Source of the DNA: a virus
Length of the DNA: 64,000 bases
Virus record (IMG/VR): IMGVR_UViG_3300022744_000001
Location: 194,022-258,021 of that record
Strand: one strand, 5' to 3'
This document shows positions 46,043 through 55,717 of this stretch, in pieces (positions within the stretch are counted from its first letter, which is position 1; each line of letters opens with the position of its first letter). The notes beneath the pieces were generated by a model that saw only the letters and a program-made list of their open reading frames with translations, was not told the origin of the DNA and made no database searches. The translations under genes and the position numbers were made by a program.

Positions 46043-46074
46043 GGCCAACCAGTACACCGGCAGGTGTAAAGGCA

Positions 46075-47295
46075 ATGCACATGGACCAGTTTGTTCGGCG
46101 AAAATTAACCGAGCTGAAACCCCACCCTAAGAACGACGCATTCTTCCATGACCTGCGCCTATCCCCTAAATACCCGCTTGTACGGGAACAGGTTTGCAGT
46201 GGCGAGATCCAAAACCCGCTCACTGTCCTGTCGGACGGCACGGTTGTATCGGGCCACCTTCACTATCTAGCCGCTCTTGAGCTTGAGGTAGAGGAAGCTC
46301 CCATTCAGCTTTACGAGGGGAACTGGAACGAGGTGCACGAGCTGGAGTTCTTGCTCCAAGCGAACGCCCAACTCGGGTACCTGGGGTTCGAACAGATAGC
46401 GATCGCGTACTCTCTCCTTTTGGGAGGGGCGATTGAGAAGCCCAAGGACGCCAGCAAAGGCGGGCGGCCGAAGAAGGGGGCTGCCCCATCTCCGGAACGG
46501 CGACAAAGCACCAAAGAGCGGGTAGCGCGGCTCCTGGGGGTTTCTGCGAAAACCGCAGAGCACTTGCACCTGATCTACCTGACGCCCGGGGTCCCTGCGG
46601 ACATTCACGACGCTGTTGAAAACCGAATGGTCCCCATCGCCCTCGCGGCGGATGCGGTGCAGTTCAGCATCCATGAGGCCCTTCGACGCAACCCTCACAC
46701 GAAATTCGTCGTGGTGGACCCGATTGACGTGCGTACGTACATCGAGACGCCCCCAAACAAACGACGCACGAAAATGGTGGACCTGCTCAAGGGCAAGCGT
46801 CCCCGCCCCCTCCCTCCCGTCATGCTCGAGGGGAAAGAAGTTGCTGACTACCACAAGCGGGTCTTTTCTTCGGTCCCGCCCCCCTTCCATCCAAAGCAGA
46901 GCGTGCAGAGCATGATTCGAGACGGGGTCCACTGGGATGATCTCGAGGTGCCAGACAACGACATCCCGCTTCACGAGGCCATTGGGCGCATTCGGGCTCG
47001 ACTCAGCAAGGCTTTCGAGGCCCCCGTCCTGGTACACGAGGACAAGGTCGAGGAGGCCCTAAACTCGCTCCTTTTGGAAGTTGCGCGGCTCATGAAGTCG
47101 CACCACGGCAAGGAAGTCTCGGTCCGCATCGGGAGCGCTCCAGTAGCCCCCAAACCGCGCCCCAAAGCCACCGTGAAACCCAAGGCAGAGTCAAAGCCCC
47201 CTTCGAAGCCCCCGGCCCCCACCGTCTTCGCTACCGAGGTCGAGTTCATCGTCTCCTTGCTCGGGCTGGAGACCGTCCAGGCACTAGGGCGCTAG
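46075..47295 (+). CDS. ParB N-terminal-domain-like protein
   Basis: LKPHPKNDAFFHDL...LTVLSDGTVVSGHLHYLAA resembles the ParB/Srx fold with its GxxR-type motif. Confidence 0.5.
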   Translation: MHMDQFVRRKLTELKPHPKNDAFFHDLRLSPKYPLVREQVCSGEIQNPLTVLSDGTVVSGHLHYLAALELEVEEAPIQLYEGNWNEVHELEFLLQANAQLGYLGFEQIAIAYSLLLGGAIEKPKDASKGGRPKKGAAPSPERRQSTKERVARLLGVSAKTAEHLHLIYLTPGVPADIHDAVENRMVPIALAADAVQFSIHEALRRNPHTKFVVVDPIDVRTYIETPPNKRRTKMVDLLKGKRPRPLPPVMLEGKEVADYHKRVFSSVPPPFHPKQSVQSMIRDGVHWDDLEVPDNDIPLHEAIGRIRARLSKAFEAPVLVHEDKVEEALNSLLLEVARLMKSHHGKEVSVRIGSAPVAPKPRPKATVKPKAESKPPSKPPAPTVFATEVEFIVSLLGLETVQALGR

Positions 47296-47718
47296 AAGCT
47301 TGTTCACGCGGCCCACGATACCGTAGCGGAGCCCCTCCACGACGGTATGAGACTGCCCCCGCAAAACCTCCTGGCAGCTGGGGCAGGTCCAGGGATACGT
47401 CGGGAACCCCTTGCCCCACTCCAAGAAGTCCACCACCTTGGCCCGGCACCGGTGATAGATCGTCAGCCGAAGCTCGAGGACTTCGTCCCCATGCAAGGCC
47501 ACGAGAAACGCCAACCCCGCCCCTCGTGAGATCCGACAGTGAGCCACCAGCTCATCCAAGGAGATTTGCGACCCGACGCGTTTGCCTTGGAAAAAGCGGG
47601 AAATCAACCCCCACTGGTCAGTTGAAATGTTGGTTAGTCTGGAGCGGTCGAAGTGATACGTGCTCACAGATGAATGATTCGTTTCGGAAGTGTGAACTTT
47701 TTTGCTATCGGGCACCAT
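47284..47718 (-). CDS. hypothetical protein
   Basis: 144 aa. Confidence 0.4.
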   Translation of the reverse strand: MVPDSKKVHTSETNHSSVSTYHFDRSRLTNISTDQWGLISRFFQGKRVGSQISLDELVAHCRISRGAGLAFLVALHGDEVLELRLTIYHRCRAKVVDFLEWGKGFPTYPWTCPSCQEVLRGQSHTVVEGLRYGIVGRVNKLLAP

Positions 47719-47776
47719 AAACGCTCCGCTTCATGGTGTATCCCCTTAGAACGTTAGCTGTTTTTGTGGGGAATCG

Positions 47777-48391
47777 GTGCATACGAGATTGCCAGTTGAA
47801 ATGGGGATGCGCTTCAAGGAAGCGGGGGTTGAGTACATCGTGTGCTGTGTGCTCAACGACCGATCCCTACTCAGCATCCCAAAAGAGATGGTGGATAAGG
47901 TCCAGGTTGAAGCTGGGGTCGAGGATATCCTGTGGCCGCTCGGGGCCTATGTCATCTTTCAGCCAAACGGCGTGACTCTCGCCCTTTTCGGAACCATCCA
48001 AGGGGAACGGGTCCACCGGGGAGGGATCTTCGATCCAACGGACATGGGCCAAGCGGTCTCGAGCATGTGGCAGGCGCTTCGTGACACGCCAAACGAGACC
48101 CTTCAAGAGAATCTCAAGCAGCTCGTACACGAGACGTTCGTGGTGAGGGAGGTTTTCAAAGAAATCACGCCCGAAGCTCTGGACTATTTCCAGGGCCAGT
48201 ATGTCCAGCTTGCGTCGGACGTCCTCAACGTTTCCCCGAAGCGGGTGCGAGCGCGGCTCTACTTCATCGAGACCGGCCATATCACCCCCGAGCTATACTT
48301 GGACAATGTCCTTTTGAACTCGGATGATGACAGGTTCAAGGTCGTGACGAACCACTTCGAAAACTACCTGTCCACTGCCAAACCCAACTAG
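47777..48391 (+). CDS. hypothetical protein
   Basis: 204 aa. Confidence 0.45.
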   Translation: MHTRLPVEMGMRFKEAGVEYIVCCVLNDRSLLSIPKEMVDKVQVEAGVEDILWPLGAYVIFQPNGVTLALFGTIQGERVHRGGIFDPTDMGQAVSSMWQALRDTPNETLQENLKQLVHETFVVREVFKEITPEALDYFQGQYVQLASDVLNVSPKRVRARLYFIETGHITPELYLDNVLLNSDDDRFKVVTNHFENYLSTAKPN

Positions 48392-48402
48392 GAGCGCCCC
48401 CA

Positions 48403-48663
48403 ATGCCATCAGGCCACTACACGAGTCTTTCCGCCCGCGGGCCGATGGGGGATTTGCTGTGGTACACGGCCGATGGCACTTGGAGCGCCGACCCGGCAGA
48501 CAAGTACATCTTCAACCAGACACAGTTTGCGAACCATACGGCGATTCAAAACCTGCCCGCTGGGTATCACACGACGGTCAACTTTGAGAACGTCCCGCTG
48601 CCTCCTCCGCCGCAGGACTCGGACCCTGGGTGCTGGACCCCAGTGGTGCCGGACGACTGTTAG
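48403..48663 (+). CDS. hypothetical protein
   Basis: 86 aa. Confidence 0.3.
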   Translation: MPSGHYTSLSARGPMGDLLWYTADGTWSADPADKYIFNQTQFANHTAIQNLPAGYHTTVNFENVPLPPPPQDSDPGCWTPVVPDDC

Positions 48664-49297
48664 CGCGGATCAACTCTGCCACCGTGGATGGTTGCGGCTC
48701 CTCTCGGTAAATAGACTGCATGAACGTCAACTCGTAAAAAGGGTTGAACCGATGGTATGCAGCATAGCTCGAGACCTCCAAGCTGAGGTAAACGGGCCAG
48801 CGGTCTTCCTTCGTGAGGGCATGCCAAACCTTCGCCCTCCGAGCCCATTCTAGGTCTGAAATGCGCTCCGGTTTGTCGGTCTGATTCTGGTAGTGGTACT
48901 CGGAAAGGCGGGGGTCTTCGTCGAGGAAGTCCAGCACATTGCGCATCATCGAGCTACAGTACGGAATCAGGTAGAGATGTTTTCCGTACTCGCGGAACGT
49001 CAAAGACACATCGAAGTCAAAAAAGCTTCTCTCCATCGAGACCGAAGCCTTCTTGTACCCCTCGCGGAAAAGCTTTTCCACAACGAATGCTCGAGCCCGC
49101 TTATCGTGGCCTTTATAGAGGGTCAGGGCTTCCTGGTACTCCTCCGAGTCTAAGCGTAGGCCCTGCATGAACTCGACGAAGAGCTTGTGCACTCGCTCTT
49201 TGACCTGTTCGGCGCCGAGCCGGTAGGTGTCCGCGGTGAACTTCCAGAGGTCGCGTTTGCGATTGAGGCGGTAGGCACGCCAAACCTTAAGCGACAT
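48578..49297 (-). CDS. hypothetical protein
   Basis: 239 aa. Confidence 0.45.
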   Translation of the reverse strand: MSLKVWRAYRLNRKRDLWKFTADTYRLGAEQVKERVHKLFVEFMQGLRLDSEEYQEALTLYKGHDKRARAFVVEKLFREGYKKASVSMERSFFDFDVSLTFREYGKHLYLIPYCSSMMRNVLDFLDEDPRLSEYHYQNQTDKPERISDLEWARRAKVWHALTKEDRWPVYLSLEVSSYAAYHRFNPFYELTFMQSIYREEPQPSTVAELIRANSRPAPLGSSTQGPSPAAEEAAGRSQS

Positions 49298-49562
49298 TGT
49301 CTTCCTTCATCTCTTCAACACTGTAAATCCCAGCGACCCAAAGAGCACCCTGGATGAACCCGAGCCAACGCATGGTTTTATCCCAGCGTTCGGGGCCGAA
49401 CGTGAGCATCTCATCGATCATCCACACTAGGTGATCGAAGGTATCTGTGCTTGGAGTGTCACGAGCGAAGAGATTGGGGCAGCGCTTGGGGGTGGCACCC
49501 TCTCCCTCAGTCAATCGGGCTCGGTACTTGAGCAGTACATTGCGAACTTGATCCTGGGTCAT
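49287..49562 (-). CDS. hypothetical protein
   Basis: 91 aa. Confidence 0.4.
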   Translation of the reverse strand: MTQDQVRNVLLKYRARLTEGEGATPKRCPNLFARDTPSTDTFDHLVWMIDEMLTFGPERWDKTMRWLGFIQGALWVAGIYSVEEMKEDNVA

Positions 49563-49918
49563 AGACGGCTCCTCACGACGTTGACGATGGCGCTGGCGAC
49601 TCGTTTGGCGTTGTCATCTTCCCCGGTGAGGTCGCCAAGGAGCATGGCCACCGCGGTCTCAGTGCTCACGGGCAGAGCGCGCAGAACTCCAGCGTCGATG
49701 CTCTCCCGCATCATCCCGAGCGCGATGGAACTCGCGTCATGCCCAAAGATGCCTTCGCAAAGGGCATTCATGTGAGCCCAGCTCGAGACGTCTGGCCGAG
49801 GCGGCGGGATGGTTGTCGGACGGGCCGGGGGAGGGGTACTGCGACGCACGGAAGGCCGCTTTTTCGGTTGCTCGCTCATTGCATCGTCTACACCGCTGGT
49901 GTCATACACACATGGCAA
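49559..49918 (-). CDS. hypothetical protein
   Basis: 119 aa. Confidence 0.4.
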   Translation of the reverse strand: MPCVYDTSGVDDAMSEQPKKRPSVRRSTPPPARPTTIPPPRPDVSSWAHMNALCEGIFGHDASSIALGMMRESIDAGVLRALPVSTETAVAMLLGDLTGEDDNAKRVASAIVNVVRSRL

Positions 49919-50892
49919 TCGAAAAGGCTTTCGTTCGTTTCAACGGCGACGGGCAACCCGTTTCAGAAGCGAGCTACTCCCTTTGCGTGGGGCTCAAGGC
50001 CCAAGGGATTGTCCCGTTCACGAAATTCGAACAACTCCTCGGCCATCTAACCCCCGAAACTCTTGTCCATGGGTGGGTCGGGGACGTGCGCCGTGCTGTT
50101 GATAAGCTCGGGTTCCCCAAACCATCGCTCGACTCCATGCCCGTTGATGCTGAGCTGCTCGGCCGGAAGATGTGGCGCACCACGTTGAAGGAGGTACGGA
50201 ACAACGCCAACTCCTGGCCCGTCTTCATCAAGCCCGAGGCCCACAAGATCTTCACGGGGTACGTCATCCGGGATTTCGCGGGCCTCATTGAGACCTCTGA
50301 CCTCCCAGACGACCTGCCCATCGTGGCGCAAACACCGGTGGAGTTTGTCTCGGAGTACCGATGCTTCATGCATTGGGACAAGCCTATGGGCATCCGCCAG
50401 TACAAAGGGGACTGCACCGTTTTCCCTGACGTGAAGGTGCTTGCCCAAATCACGGCTCGGCTCCTACGCACGCAAACCCTGCCTTGCGCCTACACGATTG
50501 ACCTCGGAGTCCTGGCGAGCGGGGAAACCGTCGTGGTTGAACTCAACGATGGGTTCTCCATGGGCGGCTACGGTCTTGCCTGGCCCCTGTACCTGAACAT
50601 GGTCACGGACCGATGGGTGGAGCTTACGACGCCTCGAGCCGTTTGGGGGAACCACCTCGTAGACCTCTACCTACGCGACCGGATCACCTACAACCAGTTC
50701 CAGATCCGTTTCCTGGACGCGGCCCATGCGGTTCACGAGCAGGAAACCCGAACGCTCGACGAAAAGCGATTGAGCCATGCGCATCTGATCTGGTGCGAGT
50801 ACACCTCATTCGACCCGGCTGATGAGTCCTGGTTCCGAGGGCAACTCACCAGACGTCTCGAGCTGAACCCCACATCCCTTTGGATGCCATGA
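49912..50892 (+). CDS. ATP-grasp fold-like protein
   Basis: VFIKPEAHKIF, EYRCF and VVVELNDGFSMGGYG are consistent with the ATP-grasp nucleotide-binding core. Confidence 0.45.
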   Translation: MAIEKAFVRFNGDGQPVSEASYSLCVGLKAQGIVPFTKFEQLLGHLTPETLVHGWVGDVRRAVDKLGFPKPSLDSMPVDAELLGRKMWRTTLKEVRNNANSWPVFIKPEAHKIFTGYVIRDFAGLIETSDLPDDLPIVAQTPVEFVSEYRCFMHWDKPMGIRQYKGDCTVFPDVKVLAQITARLLRTQTLPCAYTIDLGVLASGETVVVELNDGFSMGGYGLAWPLYLNMVTDRWVELTTPRAVWGNHLVDLYLRDRITYNQFQIRFLDAAHAVHEQETRTLDEKRLSHAHLIWCEYTSFDPADESWFRGQLTRRLELNPTSLWMP

Positions 50893-51263
50893 AACTGCAC
50901 CACGGCGTTCGATTCCTCGACCTCAGCGTCGGAGCCCTCTGGGAACTCCGCACGAGAAACGCAAACCGCCTCTGGGTGTGTCGAGCGATCCGACCCGCTT
51001 GTATCGTGGCAGAGTGCCCTCAACAGCTCTTCAAGGAATTCGCCGAGGAAGAGATCCTCGAGCACATCCTCTTGGACCCCTTCAAACCGGAATCCACGAA
51101 CGTTCAGGACTTGAAGATCGAGCTGGCCCACCTGATTGACGAGGCTGTCAAGCGGCTACCCTTGAGCCAACAACGGGAGGTCTACGCGTCTCTCGCCCAA
51201 GTAACCAAGGCTCGACACGAAGTGGTCTGCTTGCGGCTTGGGGTCAACCCCGAGCAATCTTGA
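50880..51263 (+). CDS. hypothetical protein
   Basis: 127 aa. Confidence 0.4.
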   Translation: MDAMKLHHGVRFLDLSVGALWELRTRNANRLWVCRAIRPACIVAECPQQLFKEFAEEEILEHILLDPFKPESTNVQDLKIELAHLIDEAVKRLPLSQQREVYASLAQVTKARHEVVCLRLGVNPEQS

Positions 51264-51507
51264 GGTAGACAACGCGCTCGCCTTCGTGCGGCCAGCGTGC
51301 ATTGCTCTCAGCGCCGCTCAGTGACAGAATGATGCCGTCAGAAAGCAGTGGGATGGTGGATTCCACCTGGAACATCGCCTCAGTCCCCTGAATGACGAAG
51401 ATGTCCCCTTCCTGGAGGGGATCGTCCAGCTCGTCATACTCCACCCATAGGAGTGGAATTTCGACGCGAATCACATACATCGGTTCAAGTATAGCATGGG
51501 GAGACAC
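51244..51507 (-). CDS. hypothetical protein
   Basis: 87 aa. Confidence 0.35.
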   Translation of the reverse strand: MSPHAILEPMYVIRVEIPLLWVEYDELDDPLQEGDIFVIQGTEAMFQVESTIPLLSDGIILSLSGAESNARWPHEGERVVYLKIARG

Positions 51508-51801
51508 CCATGCCCCTCAATGGTACCTGAACCCAAAAGGATTGTTGAGGCCGCAGGCTTTCCCAAAGTCAAGATATTTGACGCGCTCTGATTTCAGATT
51601 TCGGAGCAGTCAATTCTGGCATGGGTCTTGGTAGGGAGCTGACTTGTTGGGCGCGCGAACCCCCATGAGGGCTCTGTTGCAAAAGCTCCTCGATACGGTC
51701 CGTGGTGGCCTTCCCCAAACGACGCTTCTTCTTGGCTCGACGACGGGTGGTTTGACTCTGCATACGGAAACTCCGGGTAAACCTGAACGGTTGATAACCC
51801 C

Positions 51802-52014
51802 TTGCTACCCCACCATAATTGTGGAGGGATGCCTGTGGAAGAAGACGTTCAAAACATCACAGGGACTGTCGTGGATGTCAGGGGCCCCTGCCATGACGGC
51901 TCATACGAGCTTGACCTCGAAACTGCTTCGGGGGAGATCGTGACCGTCGCGATTTCAGCCGAGCAGTACGTTGAACTGACCGGGGACAGCGTACCCGCCA
52001 GCGCTCTCAGCTGA
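51802..52014 (+). CDS. hypothetical small protein
   Basis: 70 aa. Confidence 0.3.
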   Translation: MLPHHNCGGMPVEEDVQNITGTVVDVRGPCHDGSYELDLETASGEIVTVAISAEQYVELTGDSVPASALS

Positions 52015-52139
52015 CCTAGTACACCGCCGCTGAGTTTCAACCCGGGTTTAGTCGAGCCCGCTGCACTTCGCGCGCAAATTTCATAGACAACTACCAACCC
52101 CCTTGCTACGGTTCCTAGCAATTAGCTGGGAGTCGGTAC

Positions 52140-52685
52140 ATGCGTGGCGCGCAGTTGATCAGCGGAGCAGAAGCAGCGGCGGTTCTGGGCATCACCTTCG
52201 TTCGTTTCAAGGTGGCCATTTACCGAGGTCTCGGAAGGGACCACAGCCGAAAGCCAACCGGCCGAGAGCCTCGACCGGTCTCCGGGGGCTGGTCGTCTCG
52301 CGCCGCCATGTACAAGGCGTCGGACATTCGCCGCATGCACACCGAGTACAATTTCCGGACCTCCCGCAATTTCGAGCCCGATTACAACTGGCTCAAGGTC
52401 TACCCGATGGCGGAATACCGCCCCGCATCCTTGAAGGCCAAGGAACCCCTTCTGAAGCCGGTGGCCCCGACCCCCATCTCCGCGGCTCGGAGCGGCAAGC
52501 CCCAGAAGCCAGTGCTCGTGGAGGCTGCCCCGGCGCCCAAGGCCGCCCGTGCGAAGGCAGCCAAGCCCAAGGCCGCCACCCGCAAGGCCCCGCCCCCAAA
52601 GCCCGCCAAGAAGGCTCCCGCGGCCAAGGCGTTCAAGATGGTCGAGATCCGGCCGGAACCGTTCAGCATTCTCAGCCTGATTTGA
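52140..52685 (+). CDS. HTH + histone H1-like K/A/P-rich tail DNA-binding protein
   Basis: N-terminal ISGAEAAAVLGITFVRFK looks like a helix-turn-helix. The C-terminus is AKPKAATRKAPPPKPAKKAPAAKA. Confidence 0.55.
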   Translation: MRGAQLISGAEAAAVLGITFVRFKVAIYRGLGRDHSRKPTGREPRPVSGGWSSRAAMYKASDIRRMHTEYNFRTSRNFEPDYNWLKVYPMAEYRPASLKAKEPLLKPVAPTPISAARSGKPQKPVLVEAAPAPKAARAKAAKPKAATRKAPPPKPAKKAPAAKAFKMVEIRPEPFSILSLI

Positions 52686-52729
52686 GTTCCCGTGCCCGTC
52701 ACCCCGGAGAACCCCGGTGTTGTTAGGGC

Positions 52730-53143
52730 ATGCAGAAGCGCTACTACCTTCAAGCCCTCCATGTGCAATCTGTGTGCATTGAGGTTCTCGCCCACTCGAG
52801 CGCTGAGGCCCTTCAAAAAGGCGCGAAGTTGACCCCTCTTGACTGGCACCTGGTCAAGAACGATGTGGGAGTGATCTCGGGGATCAAAATCATCCCCTCC
52901 ATAGACCCGGAGCTGAGAACCCTCGAAACCTTGCCCCAAGATGGCAAAGTCTATGCCGTTTTTCCAAAAAACCTGGATCGAACACACGTCGTAATACACG
53001 ATGCACAACGAGGTTTGGTCTCAGCTTGCAGCATGAGTATTCAGGTTTCCATTGACGCCCTGGTGCCTGCGAGTCAGATCCCGGTTGCACAGCGATGTAA
53101 GCGGCCCGCCTGCCTGAAACGGTGGCCCGCCGCCCCGGTGTAA
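52730..53143 (+). CDS. hypothetical protein
   Basis: 137 aa. Confidence 0.4.
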   Translation: MQKRYYLQALHVQSVCIEVLAHSSAEALQKGAKLTPLDWHLVKNDVGVISGIKIIPSIDPELRTLETLPQDGKVYAVFPKNLDRTHVVIHDAQRGLVSACSMSIQVSIDALVPASQIPVAQRCKRPACLKRWPAAPV

Positions 53144-53151
53144 GCGGGTGG

Positions 53152-53721
53152 ATGGACTACAAAGCACTGGTTGAAGAGTCGTACGCAATCGCCAAAAGCA
53201 AGGGCTGGTGGGAGAAGCCACGTACCATCGCCGCACTCACCCTGCTCATGCAATCGGAGATCATCGAGGCGCTCGAGGACTACCGAGCTGGCCGAGGGGT
53301 CACCGAGATCTGGTACATGCGCTCTTTCCACGATGAGGGCGGGGTTAAATACGAGGTTGTCCAGCCTGTCCCCGAACCGACCGACAAGCCCTGTGGCGTT
53401 CCCATCGAGCTGGCGGACGCGGTGATCCGAATCGCGGACTTCGTGGGTCATTACGGGGTCGGTCTGCACAAGGTCGCCCACGAAGGACCCTCGGACTTTG
53501 AGCAAGGGCTGGCGGAGGCCAACCTGCACTTCGCCCGGGCTTACGAGTACCATCGCGACAATGGCACGGTGGACCAGAACGTGGGCTCCCTGATGGACCA
53601 GGCCATGGCCGCCATCGTGGCCGTCTGCGAGACGAACGGCATCAACCTCGAGAAGGCCATCGAGATCAAGCGGAACTTCAACACCACGAGATCCCATCGC
53701 CATGGCGGAAAAGTCATCTGA
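53152..53721 (+). CDS. MazG-like nucleotide pyrophosphohydrolase
   Basis: ATG at 53152. LMQSEIIEALEDYRAG...ELADAVIRIADFVGHYGV follows the all-alpha MazG pattern. Confidence 0.55.
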   Translation: MDYKALVEESYAIAKSKGWWEKPRTIAALTLLMQSEIIEALEDYRAGRGVTEIWYMRSFHDEGGVKYEVVQPVPEPTDKPCGVPIELADAVIRIADFVGHYGVGLHKVAHEGPSDFEQGLAEANLHFARAYEYHRDNGTVDQNVGSLMDQAMAAIVAVCETNGINLEKAIEIKRNFNTTRSHRHGGKVI

Positions 53722-54118
53722 GGCTGAGGTACCTATGAGTTTAATACTGCAACCAGGCAAATGTGCAAACATTCACTTTGTCATGAGAGCAGACGAGGGG
53801 CCATACTTCGTCTCTTTTGAGGGTGATTTCTCCGGGGTAAAACAGGAGGCGTTCTGGCCTTGTACTCGCGTCATGCACTCTTACGATTTTCCTTGGGAAA
53901 TCACTAAACCGCTCCACTTGGAGCCTGGGGCGGACATTCTTCTTCGCGTTCGCAACAAGTCCACGGTTCCTCAGCCAGTACCAAAGGTTGAGTTGAGGGT
54001 GAGCGGGGTGGTCATGGAGGTGTTTGTGCCCACTTCTTTGGGGGGTAGTGCCGCACCCTCCCCAGTTGTTAGGAGCACAGAACAACTGCTCCCAAGTTGC
54101 CGAGTCGAACTGCTCTAA
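53702..54118 (+). CDS. hypothetical protein
   Basis: 138 aa. Confidence 0.35.
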   Translation: MAEKSSEAEVPMSLILQPGKCANIHFVMRADEGPYFVSFEGDFSGVKQEAFWPCTRVMHSYDFPWEITKPLHLEPGADILLRVRNKSTVPQPVPKVELRVSGVVMEVFVPTSLGGSAAPSPVVRSTEQLLPSCRVELL

Positions 54119-54142
54119 TGTGTTGATGAGAGCGGCTACGGT

Positions 54143-54922
54143 ATGGCCACTCTCTGCGCATGCGGTTGCGGCACCGAAGTCTCTCCTGGGAAGACCTACC
54201 GAAAAGCCCACCAGTTTCGGAAGCCAAAACTCCCTGTTGAACCCGTCCCATGTCTATGCGGGTGCGGAGAGTTCACCACAATCTACCGAGGAAAGCCAAA
54301 GCGGTTTGTAGCTGGCCACCAAGCAAAAGGGGCCAACAACAGCCGGTTTGGCGCCAAGGCGTCTGAGGAAACTCGAGCCAAGATTTCCTCAGCCAACCAG
54401 AAAGCCTACCAAGAAGGGCGGCTTGCGAAGACAACCCCAGGGTGGAAGCACTCCTCGGAATCCCGACAGAGAATGTCCGAGAGCCACGCAAAGAATCTTC
54501 GGGTAGGCCCCAAAAATCCGTTCTTCGGCAGAAGGCACAGTGAAGAAACCAAAGCCCAAATCGCTGCAACGAAGGCCAGGATGTTTGTGCTGCCCACAGC
54601 GCCAGAGCGCATGGTTCACGAGGAGCTGCACCGTCTGGGAGTGCCCTTTCTAACCGAGCATCCGATCGGTGTCTACAAAGTGGATGTTTTCCTGCCTTCC
54701 TACAACCTCGTGTTGTTTGTAGATGGGTGCTACTGGCATGCCTGCCCTACTCATCATCCGACTCGCAAACGCCCTGGGTCGGACAACTCACGTGGCCCTT
54801 ACTTCCGCGCTGGTGGCTACAACATCGAGTTCTTGTGGGAGCACGAGATTCTGGAGGACGTGTGTCAAGCCGTGAGAAATACCTTGAAGAACTATCCAGC
54901 GGTCGATACACGCATGTTGTAG
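54143..54922 (+). CDS. Vsr/DUF559-type endonuclease with N-terminal Cys clusters and NUMOD-like repeats (homing endonuclease-like)
   Basis: The C-terminal VYKVDVFLPSYNLVLFVDGCYWHACP matches the Vsr-fold catalytic core. The N-terminus has CACGCG/CLCGCG clusters and repeated S-E-S/E-T-K-A-Q-I motifs. Confidence 0.55.
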   Translation: MATLCACGCGTEVSPGKTYRKAHQFRKPKLPVEPVPCLCGCGEFTTIYRGKPKRFVAGHQAKGANNSRFGAKASEETRAKISSANQKAYQEGRLAKTTPGWKHSSESRQRMSESHAKNLRVGPKNPFFGRRHSEETKAQIAATKARMFVLPTAPERMVHEELHRLGVPFLTEHPIGVYKVDVFLPSYNLVLFVDGCYWHACPTHHPTRKRPGSDNSRGPYFRAGGYNIEFLWEHEILEDVCQAVRNTLKNYPAVDTRML

Positions 54923-55518
54923 GCGCTGATGAATGTGGATTTGGGAGCTGGGCGGGCCCCCTCGTGGTCTGCGCCGCGGCCGTGCCCGTTACCTGGGTGC
55001 CCCCTCGCGGGCTCAACGACTCCAAGAAGCTCCGACCGGCCAAGCGGAACGAGATCTTCGACCTGCACCGCGACAGGGTGCCGTACAAGGCCACCCTGGC
55101 CCAGTCCTCGGAAATCGACCGGGATGGGGTCATCCAGGCGCTCAAGCGCTGCTACCGAGAGTCGCTCCAGGCCCTGCTCGAGAAGTTCCCCCAGTCCCTT
55201 GTGGTGCTCGACGGCGAGGTCAAGCTCCCCGAACTCGAGCACCTCAACTTCCCCAAGGCCGATGGTATCGTCCCCGCGGTCATGGTGGCGTCCGTGTTCG
55301 GCAAGGTCATCCACGACCGCTACATGGTCGAGCTGGCCAAGAAGTATCCCGGCTACGGCTTCGGCCAACACATGGGGTACGGCACGCCGGAGCACCAGGA
55401 GGCCATCGCCAAACTGGGGCTCTGCCCCATCCACCGGCGGAGCTACATCGGTGGGGAGCGACTCAAGACCGCCGAGCAGATTCGAGCCGCCGAGGACCCC
55501 GGCCTGGCCGTGGACTAG
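54862..55518 (+). CDS. rnhB: ribonuclease HII
   Basis: VVGADECGFGSWAGPLVV matches GxDExGRGxxxGP, and GLNDSKKL and HRRSY are also present. The only start candidate is a GTG at 54862, inside the 3' end of the upstream endonuclease gene. Confidence 0.7.
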   Translation: MSSREKYLEELSSGRYTHVVGADECGFGSWAGPLVVCAAAVPVTWVPPRGLNDSKKLRPAKRNEIFDLHRDRVPYKATLAQSSEIDRDGVIQALKRCYRESLQALLEKFPQSLVVLDGEVKLPELEHLNFPKADGIVPAVMVASVFGKVIHDRYMVELAKKYPGYGFGQHMGYGTPEHQEAIAKLGLCPIHRRSYIGGERLKTAEQIRAAEDPGLAVD

Positions 55519-55717
55519 GGTGTCGTTGCGCTTCCGAGCCCGTAAGGGTCGTCTCGCAACGACACCATCAGGTGATTTTGCTTGCGAGACGCCCTATCCA
55601 TGGCCTCGAGCCGAGGCCAGTCATACTCTGGGGGCGGGACGTTCTCCCGAACCCACTGGATGAGTGCGGCCCGACTCTCCCGGAGCTTCGTGCAGGGCTC
55701 GCATGGGCAAACCCAGG

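Noticed and set aside
46042-46081. Divergent AAA / ParB-like starts only about 33 bp apart, as a shared bidirectional promoter
   Set aside because: This is too short for two promoters. It is more likely that one start is mis-called or that the genes belong to longer transcripts.
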